Positions 41,046 to 51,596 of a DNA stretch of 64,000 nt are shown in pieces. The notes under the pieces are model-generated. The model searched no databases. It was not told the DNA's origin and saw only the letters and a program-made list of their open reading frames with translations. Each line of letters opens with the position of its first letter. Positions within the stretch are counted from its first letter, which is position 1. The stretch is from an uncultured delta proteobacterium (GTDB taxonomy: Bacteria > Desulfobacterota > Binatia > UBA9968), in NCBI GenBank assembly GCA_963745835.1, contig CAVUZH010000013.1, forward strand, positions 640,001 through 704,000, given 5' to 3'. The position numbers and the translations under genes were made by a program.

Positions 41046-41779
41046 AGGGGACAGGCTACTTTTTTTTCTACTTCCTCATCTCGCTTAGAGCGGGTCGCCC
41101 CCGTGGACGCATCGTACTCTCAAGTCCAAATAGACCTGCAATCGTCGTCTGCCAGTCTGGTTCTCCAAAAGGTCTTTGACGATTCACTGACTGACGAATA
41201 GAAGCCAATTGGCTCGCTGATAACGGTTCGTCCACATGCGCCAGCCAGTCTGTCTCGACTTCCACAGGACAGGGATCGGCCAGCTCGTTCCGACAGCAAC
41301 TTGACCAAGGCCAATCATCTATCGACGCTGCCAAGCCTGATCTGATCGATTCTGCAACACGTAGCGCAGGACCATTAGCAAATGTTCGTCGCGCTGCACT
41401 GGAAAACTTTTAAACCGGCCCTGCCAAACATGCCCGCTGCTGCCGTAGTGCTTGTGATAACGCCGTACGTGACTGGTCAAGAGCCATTGCATGAATCGGC
41501 TCAAAGACTGGTGATGCGAAGCTTCAATCAGAAAGTGAAAGTGATTCGGCATCAGAGAGAAAGCAAACATCTTAACTGGGTGCCGCGCTTTTGCTAGCGC
41601 GAGGATGGAAAGAAAGGCTTGGTAATCTTGAGCTTTATGAAAGATAGTTGCGCGACCGTTCCCTCGGTTGATCACATGATAAACAAAACCAGCCTGTTGC
41701 GCACGCGGGATTCTCGGCATGGCAGGGCTTTATCATATAGGCGAACGTGATCACAAACGATGAAAGTAGCCTGTCCCCT
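41046..41779 (-). mobile_element. TIR-flanked HUH/Y1 tyrosine transposase element, copy 1 (frameshifted)
   Basis: Perfect 17-bp TIR AGGGGACAGGCTACTTT / AAAGTAGCCTGTCCCCT; YHVINRG, MPNHFH (HUH), WQGRFKS, RYVLQN. Confidence 0.93.
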
Positions 41780-41857
41780 TTAATCCCAGTGGAAGTGATG
41801 GAACCGGGCGCGCGGCTTTGTTTTCCTTCGGACGGGCCATCGTGCATCTTAACGGGC

Positions 41858-42868
41858 TTATTCCCGTTTCTCCCACCGTGCGATCAAGCCCAGCAAATCG
41901 CAGACGCGATTGGAGTATCCCCATTCATTGTCGTACCAACTGAGACACTTTAGATATCTACCGCCCGTAACGCTGGTAAATGCCGGGTCGAAAATAGAGG
42001 AGTGCGAATTCCCTATGACGTCGGATGATACGACGGGTGTTTCCATGAGTTGCAAAATGCCTTTCATCCGTTTCGACTCCGCCGCGGATTTTATCGCGCC
42101 ATGAACGTCCTCGGCACTAACGCGTTTCTGGAGCTCGACGAACAAGTCGACCACGGAGCCATCGGGCACCGGTACCCGCGCGGCGATTCCGTCCAGCCGT
42201 CCTTTCAATTCAGGCAAGACCTCGCCCACCGCCTTGGCCGCTCCGGTGGATGTCGGTATAATATTTTCCGCCGCGGCGCGGCTCCGCCGCCAATCCGAGT
42301 GCGGCACGTCGGCGAGGCGCTGATCGTTGGTGTAGGCGTGCACGGTATTGATGATTCCTTCCACGATACCGAAAGAATCGTGGAGCACCTTGGCCAGCGG
42401 CGCAAGACAATTGGTGGTGCAGCTCGCGTTAGAAATCATCCTGTGCTCGGGCTTGAGCCCGTCATCGTTGACGCCGATTACGACGGTATAATCGATCTCG
42501 TCCTTCGCCGGAACAGTCAGCACCACTCGCTTGGCTCCCGCATCCAGATGCTTGGCAAGTTGTTCCCTGCTAGTGAATATTCCCGTCGATTCGATGACGA
42601 CGTCGATGTCGATCTCGCGCCAGGGCAGTTTGAGCGGCTCCTTTTCACGAAGCATGCGCGTCCGACCGTGCGATGTCACCAGTTCATTGCCTTCGAGCCG
42701 CAGGGCGCCCTCAAAACGACCCATCACGGTGTCATAGTTGAGCAAGTATCGCAGCGCGTCGTGGTCGAAAAGGTCGTTGATCGCAACCAGTTCGGCGTCC
42801 GCCCGCTTATCGAGAATACGAAACACAGAACGGCCGATTCGACCGAATCCATTAATGGCAACTCTCAT
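41858..42868 (-). CDS. gap: Type I glyceraldehyde-3-phosphate dehydrogenase
   Basis: INGFGRIGR; SNASCTTNCL; WYDNEWGYSNR. Confidence 0.95.
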   Translation of the reverse strand: MRVAINGFGRIGRSVFRILDKRADAELVAINDLFDHDALRYLLNYDTVMGRFEGALRLEGNELVTSHGRTRMLREKEPLKLPWREIDIDVVIESTGIFTSREQLAKHLDAGAKRVVLTVPAKDEIDYTVVIGVNDDGLKPEHRMISNASCTTNCLAPLAKVLHDSFGIVEGIINTVHAYTNDQRLADVPHSDWRRSRAAAENIIPTSTGAAKAVGEVLPELKGRLDGIAARVPVPDGSVVDLFVELQKRVSAEDVHGAIKSAAESKRMKGILQLMETPVVSSDVIGNSHSSIFDPAFTSVTGGRYLKCLSWYDNEWGYSNRVCDLLGLIARWEKRE

Positions 42869-43884
42869 CGCCCACCTCCGATGGCATCGAGCCTGCCATA
42901 GTGCCGGACCACTTCGAGCACGCGGCACGCATGCCCCAGGCTCTCATACCAGGCCAGCACTTTGATTATTCTTTTTCCTGCTTTAATGGTGGCGAGCGAA
43001 TCGAAGAGCAAGGATTGCCGGCAACCGATGACATCCGAAGAAACAATCGGATCATCGGTCACGCCGATCAACGTCGGATGATCGGCAGCGGCGGCGCGCA
43101 TAGCTCCGTTCACTTGCTCGGCCGTGACGGTGCCAGCCTGCATGACGCAGTTAACATCGAGCAATGATCCGCGTTGGACCGGCACGTTAAGGGCGTAACC
43201 GCTCAACTTTCCCTCAAACTTGGGCAGAACAAGCTCCACCCATCGCGCGGACTCATTGTTGTTGGGGATGATATTCTCCGCCGCGGACCGGCTGCGCCGG
43301 AAATCTTTGTGTGCATAATTCTGCAGCGACTGATCGCTACTATAGGCGTGGACCGTCGTCATCGATGCGCAGTCGACTCCTAAGGCCTGATCCAGAGATT
43401 GCAATAAAAGCGCAAATGCATTGGTCGTCGCGGAACCGGCCGAAATCATTTTGTCCGCGGCGGCGGCGCTCCCTTCATTGATTCCCGGTACTACGATACG
43501 GTCGATTGATTCCGCCGGCAGCGACGCCAGAATGACCCGCGGGGCACCGGCGCGCAGATGGGCCTCCATGTCCCGACGACTCCGATATCTGCCCGTGGCA
43601 TCAACGACACAGTGGACGTTCAGAACATCCCATGGAACCTCGTCCGGCCGGGCAAGCTGGAGCATTCTTGTGCGGAACTTCTCGTTGATCAGGTAATTGT
43701 CCTGGAGCTCGCAGGGCGCCTCGTCCACGCCGTCGCTATTGAGCAGGTACTGAATGATTTCCGGTTTGCCGATATCGGCCACCGCGACGATTTCGATATC
43801 ATCTATTTCCCGCGCAAGGTGATACAGGTGCCGCCCAATTTGGCCCAATCCCATAATGCCGATTCGGATTTTACCATTACGCAT
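42865..43884 (-). CDS. GAPDH-like protein lacking the catalytic cysteine
   Basis: Full-length GAPDH alignment by eye, but SAGSATTNAF replaces SNASCTTNCL and WYESLGH replaces WYDNEWGY. Confidence 0.88.
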   Translation of the reverse strand: MRNGKIRIGIMGLGQIGRHLYHLAREIDDIEIVAVADIGKPEIIQYLLNSDGVDEAPCELQDNYLINEKFRTRMLQLARPDEVPWDVLNVHCVVDATGRYRSRRDMEAHLRAGAPRVILASLPAESIDRIVVPGINEGSAAAADKMISAGSATTNAFALLLQSLDQALGVDCASMTTVHAYSSDQSLQNYAHKDFRRSRSAAENIIPNNNESARWVELVLPKFEGKLSGYALNVPVQRGSLLDVNCVMQAGTVTAEQVNGAMRAAAADHPTLIGVTDDPIVSSDVIGCRQSLLFDSLATIKAGKRIIKVLAWYESLGHACRVLEVVRHYGRLDAIGGGR

Positions 43885-44021
43885 TTGGCCGCCTCCGTTT
43901 CCGCAAAATTAAGCGCTCGAAGTTGGCGTTTATCCATAGCCGAGAACTCTAACAACCGATCAACCAAAAGAAAATGCTTTTCTGAGGAAATCGTCAAACT
44001 GAACTGGAGGTGAAAAGGGAC

Positions 44022-44370
44022 AGGGGACAGGCTACTTTTTATCTACTTCCTCATTTCGCTTAGAGCGGGTCGGCCCCGTGGACGCATCGTACTCTCAAGT
44101 CCAAATAGACCTGCAATCGTCGTCTGCCAGTCTGGTTCTCCAAAAGGTCTTTGACGATTCACTGACTGACGAATTGAAGCCAATTTGATCGCTGATAACG
44201 GTTCGTCCATATGCGCCAGCCAGTCTGTCTCGACTTCCACAGGGCAGGGATCGGCCAGCTCGTTCCGACAGCAACTTGACCAAGGCCAATCATCTATCGA
44301 CGCTGCCAAGTCTGATCCGACTAGATTCTGCAACACATAGCGCAGGACCATGAGCAAATGTTCGTCGCGC
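44022..44370 (-). mobile_element. TIR-Y1 element, copy 2 (3' half only)
   Basis: Left TIR intact; homology stops at ...TTCGTCGCGC. Confidence 0.92.
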
Positions 44371-44440
44371 CTTTCAGCACGTTGCTAGACTTGGCCCTAA
44401 TGGTTCGAACGATTTCTCTTGTTTAGAAAATCCGGGTTAG

Positions 44441-44757
44441 CGATCTACCGCAGCCGCGGCAAGGGCTCTGGGCATGCTGCAATCGGGAGTAAGCCCGGTG
44501 CGAATGGAATTGCTTTCGGCTGCCGAACGTTGAGTGACCTGGTGTTGCACGATAGCCAATGGTTCGGGCAACAGACAGTAATTAGAACCGCCGATCTTTA
44601 CAGATCTTCGATCATTCAGGGATCGCTAAGTCCAAGTATCTACAGAGGCCCTCGTAACCGCGTGGGTTTTGCCTCCGTCACTCTTTCCTTGGACGAATAC
44701 CCGCTCAATCGGGAAAGCGATCGGACGCCCGTCGGTCCTGCAAAAAAGATCTGACCC
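44441..44757 (+). repeat. rlpA-tail repeat, copy D (about 145 nt of rlpA plus downstream DNA)
   Basis: GCCGCGGCAAGGGCTCTGGGCATG...GCCCGGTGCGAATGGAATTGCTTTCG; ends AAAAGATCTGACCC. Confidence 0.9.
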
Positions 44758-44831
44758 TATGGTATTTCTCACCGCATACCAATGGGCGAACTGGTGTCCA
44801 GTGGGGAGAAATTTGCCGCATCGAGGGCTTA

Positions 44832-45872
44832 TTACTTGGGCAACAGAATTGTTTTCAATCTTGCCACTAGTTCAGGTTGTAAATCAAAAATGCCGGAGAC
44901 TAATTTTTCAACCTCTTCCCCCGCGGAAGGGTCTACGGCAAGGTTAGATTTCTTAGCCTCCGCTAGAAATTCCGGATCGCGCATCGTCTTCATGAACGCT
45001 TCCCTCATGGTGGTTGTCCGATCGGCTGGAGTCCCGGGCGGAAAAGCGTACAGGCGTGTGATCGAACTGGTGGTTTCGATACCCACTTCGATCAGTTTTC
45101 TTGCTTCGTCCGTTTTAGCAAAGTCGTATGCCAAGGGCACATTGGGCAGATCCGGTAATGGCTGTTTCGTCACCTGCAAAAGAACCCTCACGTCGCCGCT
45201 TCTTAGCGCGCCTGTCCAAGTGGGCTTAATAGACTCCCATTGCCAACAACCCCCTGCCAACTCACCGGATTCAGCGCCTAACCGAATCTCGGCAGTCCCG
45301 GGGTACCCCGTCACTACCTGCATGGGTAGTCCCAAGGCTTCTTTGAGAATAAACGCTGAGTTTCCGGGCGCAGTGCCTGCTATGCCGCCTAATTTGACCG
45401 GCGTCTTTGAAGTCAACCATTTTTTCATGTCCGTAATACCGCTCGCCGTTGTTAAGGCGCATACAATATGATCTTTCCCGGGCACACCGAGCCATTGAAA
45501 TTCTTTGGCCTTAAAGGTAATGCCTTCTCTTCCCAGGAGTTGCCCTAAGACCAGATCTCCTATGAAGTTGCCGATGGTGAGGCCATCCGGTTTAGCAACA
45601 TCATAAACGTGCTTGGCAGCAATCAGCGTTCCCGCACCGGGCATGTTCTGTACGATGACACTGGGGTTGCCTGGAACGTGCTTTCCCAAATGTCGCGCAA
45701 TAACTCGCGAGTAGGTGTCGAATCCTCCGCCCGCTGAGGCGCCTACCACGATCCTTATGGTTGCCCCTTTGTAAAATGGCTCCTGAGAGTGGAGCCGCGC
45801 AGCCCCAAAAATGGTAACGCAGAAAGCGGCCATTGCTCCTAACGCAATGCCAAAACACTTTCGAATTGCCAT
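44832..45872 (-). CDS. Tripartite tricarboxylate transporter substrate-binding protein (TctC/Bug)
   Basis: GGGFDTYSR, NMPGAG, KPDGLT, PPGTP. Confidence 0.92.
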   Translation of the reverse strand: MAIRKCFGIALGAMAAFCVTIFGAARLHSQEPFYKGATIRIVVGASAGGGFDTYSRVIARHLGKHVPGNPSVIVQNMPGAGTLIAAKHVYDVAKPDGLTIGNFIGDLVLGQLLGREGITFKAKEFQWLGVPGKDHIVCALTTASGITDMKKWLTSKTPVKLGGIAGTAPGNSAFILKEALGLPMQVVTGYPGTAEIRLGAESGELAGGCWQWESIKPTWTGALRSGDVRVLLQVTKQPLPDLPNVPLAYDFAKTDEARKLIEVGIETTSSITRLYAFPPGTPADRTTTMREAFMKTMRDPEFLAEAKKSNLAVDPSAGEEVEKLVSGIFDLQPELVARLKTILLPK

Positions 45873-45891
45873 AAGAACGGTTCTCCTTGCG

Positions 45892-46605
45892 TTAAACCGC
45901 TTCCATTGCTAGCGCCAGCCCAAGCCGAAAAACTCGATAGAATTCCATCGATTCACGCGCTGCTTTCAGGATGCGTTCTTCATTTCCCTTGCCAAACTCT
46001 GTCAGAACCGGGAGAAACATTTCGCCGTGCTCCTCATCCGCCTCTGCGTGGGCCGCGAGATTGGGAATCTGTTCCCATTTAAGACCCATATCTTCAGCCC
46101 ATCGGATGCCTTCTCGCCGCGAGACTCCTCCGCCGGAATCCAGAAATAAACGATCATCGTTGGCCCACTCCGTAGCCATAAGAGCAGCGAGGCCCTCCAG
46201 CCAATGATGCTCGCGCGTTATCCAACCCCACGCATAGAGTGTCGCGCGCGTTGAAGGCAACGGTTCAACGTTGAGCGCTTGATCTGGGCTCAAACCCAGA
46301 GTTCGAGCTTGACGAACGATAAGCTCCATATGTCCGAAATCGGAGTATTTGTCCTGCACGATTTCGTCGTACTCGTGCGCGAGGATCTTCTGCTTCACTG
46401 ACATTTCCGGACAATTACCCGAGACAAACGCCCAACAATCACGACGATGCTTGATAAATACCCCGAGTTGAAGCAAAGAAATCTTCGCGCGTTCGGGAGT
46501 AAATTTTACTGAAAAGAAACGGTCGAATTCAGGGGTTTTCACTCCCTCTACAACAACCCGTCCAAATGCTTGTTTCCACTCATGTTCGGTCATGAAGCCT
46601 CCCAT
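45892..46605 (-). CDS. Heme-oxygenase-like (TenA/PqqC/CADD) iron redox enzyme
   Basis: HEYDE...GH and HAEADEEH putative metal ligands. Confidence 0.75.
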   Translation of the reverse strand: MGGFMTEHEWKQAFGRVVVEGVKTPEFDRFFSVKFTPERAKISLLQLGVFIKHRRDCWAFVSGNCPEMSVKQKILAHEYDEIVQDKYSDFGHMELIVRQARTLGLSPDQALNVEPLPSTRATLYAWGWITREHHWLEGLAALMATEWANDDRLFLDSGGGVSRREGIRWAEDMGLKWEQIPNLAAHAEADEEHGEMFLPVLTEFGKGNEERILKAARESMEFYRVFRLGLALAMEAV

Positions 46606-46656
46606 TCAAAAAGCCCATCCTTAATACGACTCTGTGCGCTGAGGTCTTTCCGGATA

Positions 46657-46995
46657 TCAGACCGGCCACCCATGTTCAGAGATGTCCACCCGATTGCCTT
46701 CAGGGTCCTCTATCCAGCTCTCCGCAATGGCCCCGTAGACGTTTGAGTTTGCGGTAGTACCGACGAACTCCTCGACGGCTTTGACGCTCGTCACTACAAA
46801 ACCAAAGTGATGGATGCCCCAGGGAAGGTTCGGCGCATTGATCAGGGCAACGTCAACGAAGCCATCGGACAGATAAATCGTTCCATTCGGACCACGTTCC
46901 TTTTCTTCCAGCTTGAATACACCTTTGTAATACTCGGCAGCTTTTTCGCGATCTTCAACGTTGATAGCGATATGGCGAATGCGTGGTTTACTCAT
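46657..46995 (-). CDS. VOC/glyoxalase family protein
   Basis: IRHIAI...YLSDG...GIHHFGF...DPEGNRVDIS. Confidence 0.88.
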   Translation of the reverse strand: MSKPRIRHIAINVEDREKAAEYYKGVFKLEEKERGPNGTIYLSDGFVDVALINAPNLPWGIHHFGFVVTSVKAVEEFVGTTANSNVYGAIAESWIEDPEGNRVDISEHGWPV

Positions 46996-47224
46996 AAGAA
47001 ATCCCCCCCTTTGAAAGACCCTTTTTCGCGTTGGACGCACCTTTCAATGGGACCTGTAACCCCTCTCACAATCGATGTCAAATAACTCGGCGGATAAAAC
47101 TAAACAGAAAAGTAACGGGTCAGAACAAGCAGGAAAAAGAGTCACTCATGAACAGCTTGTCAAATTCTCTTTAGATGCAACTCTCGAGCTCGGGCGAAGT
47201 TGTTACATTCAATCGGACGCCGAG

Positions 47225-47304
47225 TTCTTCCGTTCACTGCTTCGTTGGACCCCGCAGAATACCCGCTCAAATTGGGGAAGTGCTCGGACGCCGGGATTAC
47301 AACT
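47225..47304 (+). repeat. rlpA-downstream repeat, copy E (short)
   Basis: TCCGTTCACTGCTTCGTTG..CCGCAGAA.ACCCGCTCAAATTGGG matches 27449-27493. Confidence 0.85.
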
Positions 47305-47318
47305 GAGGCATGGTGTAA

Positions 47319-48053
47319 AGGGGCCAGGCTACTTTTTTATCTACTTCCTCATTTCGCTTCGAGCGGGTCGGCCCCGTGGACGCATCGTACTCTCAAGTCC
47401 AAATAAACCTGCAATCGTCGTCTGCCAGCCTGGTTCTCCAAAAGGTCTTTGACGATTCACTGACTGACGAATAGAAGCCAATCGGCTCGCTGATAACGGT
47501 TCGTCCACATTGCGCTAGCCAGTCTGTCTCGACTTCCACAGGGCAGGGATCGGCCAGCTCGTTCCGACAACAACTTGACCAAGGCCAATCACCTATCGAC
47601 GCTGCCAAGCCTGATCTGGCTGGATTCTGCAACACGTAGCGCAGGACCATTAGCAAATGTTCGTCGCGCTGCACTGGAAAACTTTTAACCGGCCTGCCAA
47701 ACATGCCCGCTGCTGCCGTAATGCTTGTGATAACGCCGTACGTACTGGTCAATAGCCATTGCATGAATCGGCTCAGAGACTGGTGATGCGAAGCTTCAAT
47801 CAGAAAGTGAAAGTTCGATTCGGCATCAGAGAGAAAGCAAACATCTTAACTGGGTGCCGCGCTTTTGCTAGCGCGACGATGGAAAGAAAGGCTTGGTAAT
47901 CTTGAGCTTTATGAAAGATAGTTGCGCGACCGTTCCCTCGGTTGATCACATGATAAACAAAACCAGCCTGTTGCGCACGCGGGATTCTCGGCATGGCAGG
48001 GCTTTATCATATAGGCGAACGTGATCACAAACGATGAAAGTAGCCTGTCCCCT
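47319..48053 (-). mobile_element. TIR-Y1 element, copy 3 (frameshifted)
   Basis: Both TIRs present (one mismatch on the left); ORF pieces 47800-47994 and 47393-47764. Confidence 0.93.
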
Positions 48054-48200
48054 TTAATCCGCCAGCCTTTTGAATTCGCCGCTGCCGCATTGACAATTTA
48101 AGCCCGCGCGCGATAGCGTTGAGCAACGCCGGCCGTCGAGATAAGCATCGGCGATTGCCGGAAATGTTTTTGCTCACAAATGGAGAACCCGGAGGGACTC

Positions 48201-48905
48201 ATGCGAGTTCTGCTCTTGCTTAACGGTCCTCGCGAGCGTTACGTCGGCGGCGCCGATACCGCACGCCAGATCAAGTGGCGCGACTACTGCTCGCCCGCCA
48301 CCGAACTGGAGATCGGTTATCTGCCGAGCGTGGGAGAAGGCCGCGACGGCGCCAAGGTGTACGGATTTGGAACAAGAGAGGCGCTGACTCTCGGGCCGTT
48401 ATATCCGGATCGTTGCGCAATGGCGGAGCGGGATGGATTCGATGCGGTTATCATCCACTGCTTCATAGATCCCGGCTTGCGCGCGGCGCGCGACCGGGTG
48501 GGCATCCCGGTTGTCGGGCCGGGAGAGGTGACGCTCAGCGCCGGCGCGAGTCTAAGCGGTAAGATCGGCATGGTGACACCGAGCAATGAGACCGTGGATT
48601 CGCACTGGGATCAAGTAAGGGGTCTTGGCCTTGAGAAGCGATTTGTCGGAATCGAAGCGATCGAAGGTCCTCTCCTGCCATTTCCGCAACAAGACCCGCG
48701 AGCGATGACAGAGGCTCTGGTTGCCGCCGGCCGAAAGCTGATCGAGAAAGGCGCCGAACTGATTTGCCCTTCAGGGCTCGCCTATATTCCGATTCGGGTT
48801 TCCGCCGGTGAAGTCTCGCGCAAGCTGGGGATTCCGGTTCTCGATCCGGCCCTCCTTTCGGTTAAAACAGCGGAGATGCTGGTTTCAGCTCTCGAGTATC
48901 CTTGA
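48201..48905 (+). CDS. Asp/Glu/hydantoin racemase family protein
   Basis: DAVIIHCFIDPG, IPVVGPGE, IPVLDP. Confidence 0.85.
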   Translation: MRVLLLLNGPRERYVGGADTARQIKWRDYCSPATELEIGYLPSVGEGRDGAKVYGFGTREALTLGPLYPDRCAMAERDGFDAVIIHCFIDPGLRAARDRVGIPVVGPGEVTLSAGASLSGKIGMVTPSNETVDSHWDQVRGLGLEKRFVGIEAIEGPLLPFPQQDPRAMTEALVAAGRKLIEKGAELICPSGLAYIPIRVSAGEVSRKLGIPVLDPALLSVKTAEMLVSALEYP

Positions 48906-48916
48906 GAATCGAAATC

Positions 48917-49079
48917 TCACCACGAAGGCCGCCAAGAGCACGAAATTTACTCCGGAGTCTGTGAACTGGGTGAAAAGCGATTCGCAGATTCCACCGCCGG
49001 GGCACCGAGGCCGCAGAGCAAAGAGTTTTCAATCAAAGATACTTCGAAACTCAGCGAACTTTGCGTCTCTGCGGTGAAA
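48917..49079. repeat. CACCACGAA/CACCGCAGAG-type palindromic repeat
   Basis: CACCGCCGGGGCACCGAGGCCGCAGAG ... CTTTGCGTCTCTGCGGTGAA between convergent genes. Confidence 0.6.
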
Positions 49080-49134
49080 TACTTCTTTGGTTGCGGCTGC
49101 TCTGTGCACTTGGTCAACGAACCCGCCCTGTGAA

Positions 49135-50085
49135 CTATTTCAGCGCCTTCAAAAATGAATAATCGAGGATCTCATTTACCGTCAAGGGTTTGTTTGTTTC
49201 GCCGCGGCCGTAAATCATTTCCAGGTACTTGTTCAAACCGCTCTCGGCCATAATCATATCGTCCAGCAATACGCCGCTAATATCGTCGTAGGCCTCTTCG
49301 GCGACACCCTGATCGACAGCGAAACTCTGCATGATATAAGCAATCACGGCCTTGCGATCCTGGCGAATCGACTTAATCGCCTCGAGCATGGCTCTGAGCG
49401 TGTTTCTCAGGCGATCGGGATGCTTTTGAATTTTTTCTCTGGTCGTGACGAGACCATTAAAAGGAGACGCCTCGATCACGTCTCCGCTTCGCTTGAGAAT
49501 CTTGAAACCCTTGCGCGCCATTACCCCGGTGAACGGCGGGCTGAGAACCGCGCCTTCGACAAGCCCTCGCTCGAGCGGCAGCATGTTCAAGGCGGTGCTT
49601 CCCGTTTGGATCCAGGTAACCTTCTTGGGATCGGCGCCGCTTTTTTCCAGCATAACGGCTCCGTTGAAATGGCTTTCAGAGCCGATTCTCGAAACCGAGA
49701 TTTTTTTGCCTTCGAGCGACTTGGGGTTCGGTAGCGCGCTGAGCAAAGAAAAGAGCGGGGCCCGGTAAAGCACTGCGACGGCTTTGACTGGCATTCCCTT
49801 GCCGATCCCTTCGATGGCCGTGCCGATGCCGGTGATGAAATCCAGCTCGCCCGCCACCAGCCCGGCCAACTGAAGATTGCTCCTGATTTGAATGATTTCG
49901 ACTTCCAGGCCGTACTTGTCGAAGAACTTCTTGTCTTTGGCATAGTAGAAGGGCATCAGGACGACGTTTCTCGTCGATAGTCCAAGCCGGATCTTTTCAG
50001 CACCCCACGCCGCCTCGCTCCAGGGCAATCCGACACATATCGTAATAAGCAGCCAACTATTCCAACTTCGCAGTGCTGACAGCAT
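49135..50085 (-). CDS. ABC substrate-binding protein (NMT1-like)
   Basis: PFYYAKDKKFFDKYGLEV; LEGKKISVSRIGS. Confidence 0.9.
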   Translation of the reverse strand: MLSALRSWNSWLLITICVGLPWSEAAWGAEKIRLGLSTRNVVLMPFYYAKDKKFFDKYGLEVEIIQIRSNLQLAGLVAGELDFITGIGTAIEGIGKGMPVKAVAVLYRAPLFSLLSALPNPKSLEGKKISVSRIGSESHFNGAVMLEKSGADPKKVTWIQTGSTALNMLPLERGLVEGAVLSPPFTGVMARKGFKILKRSGDVIEASPFNGLVTTREKIQKHPDRLRNTLRAMLEAIKSIRQDRKAVIAYIMQSFAVDQGVAEEAYDDISGVLLDDMIMAESGLNKYLEMIYGRGETNKPLTVNEILDYSFLKALK

Positions 50086-50125
50086 AAATCCTTCTCCAAC
50101 TGTTTACGGAGGCCTCGGATACGTT

Positions 50126-50155
50126 CTTTGCCGGCTAAAACTTACGCCGGCAAAG
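50126..50155. terminator. Intergenic hairpin
   Basis: CTTTGCCGGC...GCCGGCAAAG perfect 10-bp stem. Confidence 0.5.
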
Positions 50156-50176
50156 CGCCGTTATCGACCGCATCTC

Positions 50177-50530
50177 TCAAGTTGGCCACATATCGAGAAC
50201 GACGTCGATCCGGTTGCCCTGGGGATCGATAATATAGTTTTCCGCATGCCGGCCTGGCGCCGTCTCCCCTTGATGAACGGGAGTGATGGCGTTGATGGGA
50301 TCGAGTGACGGTACCAGAAAGCCAAAGTGCCAGATGCCATTCGGCTGATTGTCTTTGGCTGCGTTGATGGCGATATGCATGAAGCCGTCGGTCATGTAAA
50401 TGCTGCTCTTATTACCGCGCGGGTTTCTCCTGACGACCTTCAAGCCGAAGGCTTTCTCGTAAAACGAGCTGAGCTGGTCGGGGTCCTCCGAACGGATGGC
50501 GATGTGTCTGACTTGCATTCTATCCGGCAT
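50177..50530 (-). CDS. VOC/glyoxalase family protein
   Basis: VRHIAI...YMTDG...GIWHFGF...DPQGNRID. Confidence 0.88.
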   Translation of the reverse strand: MPDRMQVRHIAIRSEDPDQLSSFYEKAFGLKVVRRNPRGNKSSIYMTDGFMHIAINAAKDNQPNGIWHFGFLVPSLDPINAITPVHQGETAPGRHAENYIIDPQGNRIDVVLDMWPT

Positions 50531-50696
50531 AAATTCTCTCCTTTCGGTTGGTTGTTCCCAGCGGACTTGACAACAAAACCATTCATTTGTCAATGAACAA
50601 GCAGCCGTGAAGATTCGGTTCACCGACGCCAAGTGCTGGATCTGTGGAGGGAGAAGAGCCGCGAGGGCCATTAATGTCGACGACCAGGAGGTGTAA

Positions 50697-51429
50697 AGGG
50701 GACAGGCTACTTTTTATCTACTTCCTCATTTCGCTTAGAGCGGGTCGGCCCCGTGGACGCATCGTACTCTCAAGTCCAAATAGACCTGCAATCGTCGTCT
50801 GCCAGTCTGGTTCTCCAAAAGGTCTTTGACGATTCACTGACTGACGAATTGAAGCCATTGGCTCGCCGATAACAATTCGTCTACATGCGCCAGCCAATCT
50901 GTCTCGACTTCCACAGGACAGGGATCGGCCAGCTCATTCCGACAGCAACTTGATCAAGTCCAATCATCCATCGACGCTGCCAAGCCTGATCTGACTGGAT
51001 TCTGCAACACGTAGCGCAGGACCATGAGCAAATGTTCGTCGCGCTGCACTGGAAAACTTTTAAACCGGCCCTGCCAAACATGCCCGCTGCTGCCGTAATG
51101 CTTGTGATAACGCCGTACGTGACTGGTCAAGAGCCATTGCATGAATCGGCTCAGAGACTGGTGATGCGAAGCTTCAATCAGAAAGTGAAAGTGATTCGGC
51201 ATCAGAGAGAAAGCAAACATCTTAACTGGGTGCCGCGCTTTTGCTAGCGCGAGGATGGAAAGAAAGGCTTGGTAATCTTGAGCTTTATGAAAGATAGTTG
51301 CGCGACCGTTCCCTCGGTTGATCACATGATAAACAAAACCAGCCTGTTGCGCACGCGGGATTCTCGGCATGGCAGGGCTTTATCATATAGGCGAACGTGA
51401 TCACAAACGATGAAAGTAGCCTGTCCCCT
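50697..51429 (-). mobile_element. TIR-Y1 element, copy 4 (premature stop)
   Basis: Perfect TIRs; 138-aa ORF keeps HUH and YVLQNP, then TGG to TGA. Confidence 0.93.
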
Positions 51430-51596
51430 TGTGCGGACCTATTCCGACACCGATGGACTGAAAACAGGGACGCGTAGATCAGGGGTCGCAATCCTGCAAG
51501 TTGAAAAATGGGAATAAGAAAATTCTCACAGGAACGTGTGTGTCCTCTTGACCTGCCTTCTAATGGCGACCCCAAGTTTCTCGACCGACCTTTCCT

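Noticed and set aside
51481-51573. GGGGTCGC...GCGACCCC-bounded mini-element
   Set aside because: Only an 8-bp inverted match and a single copy in the window.
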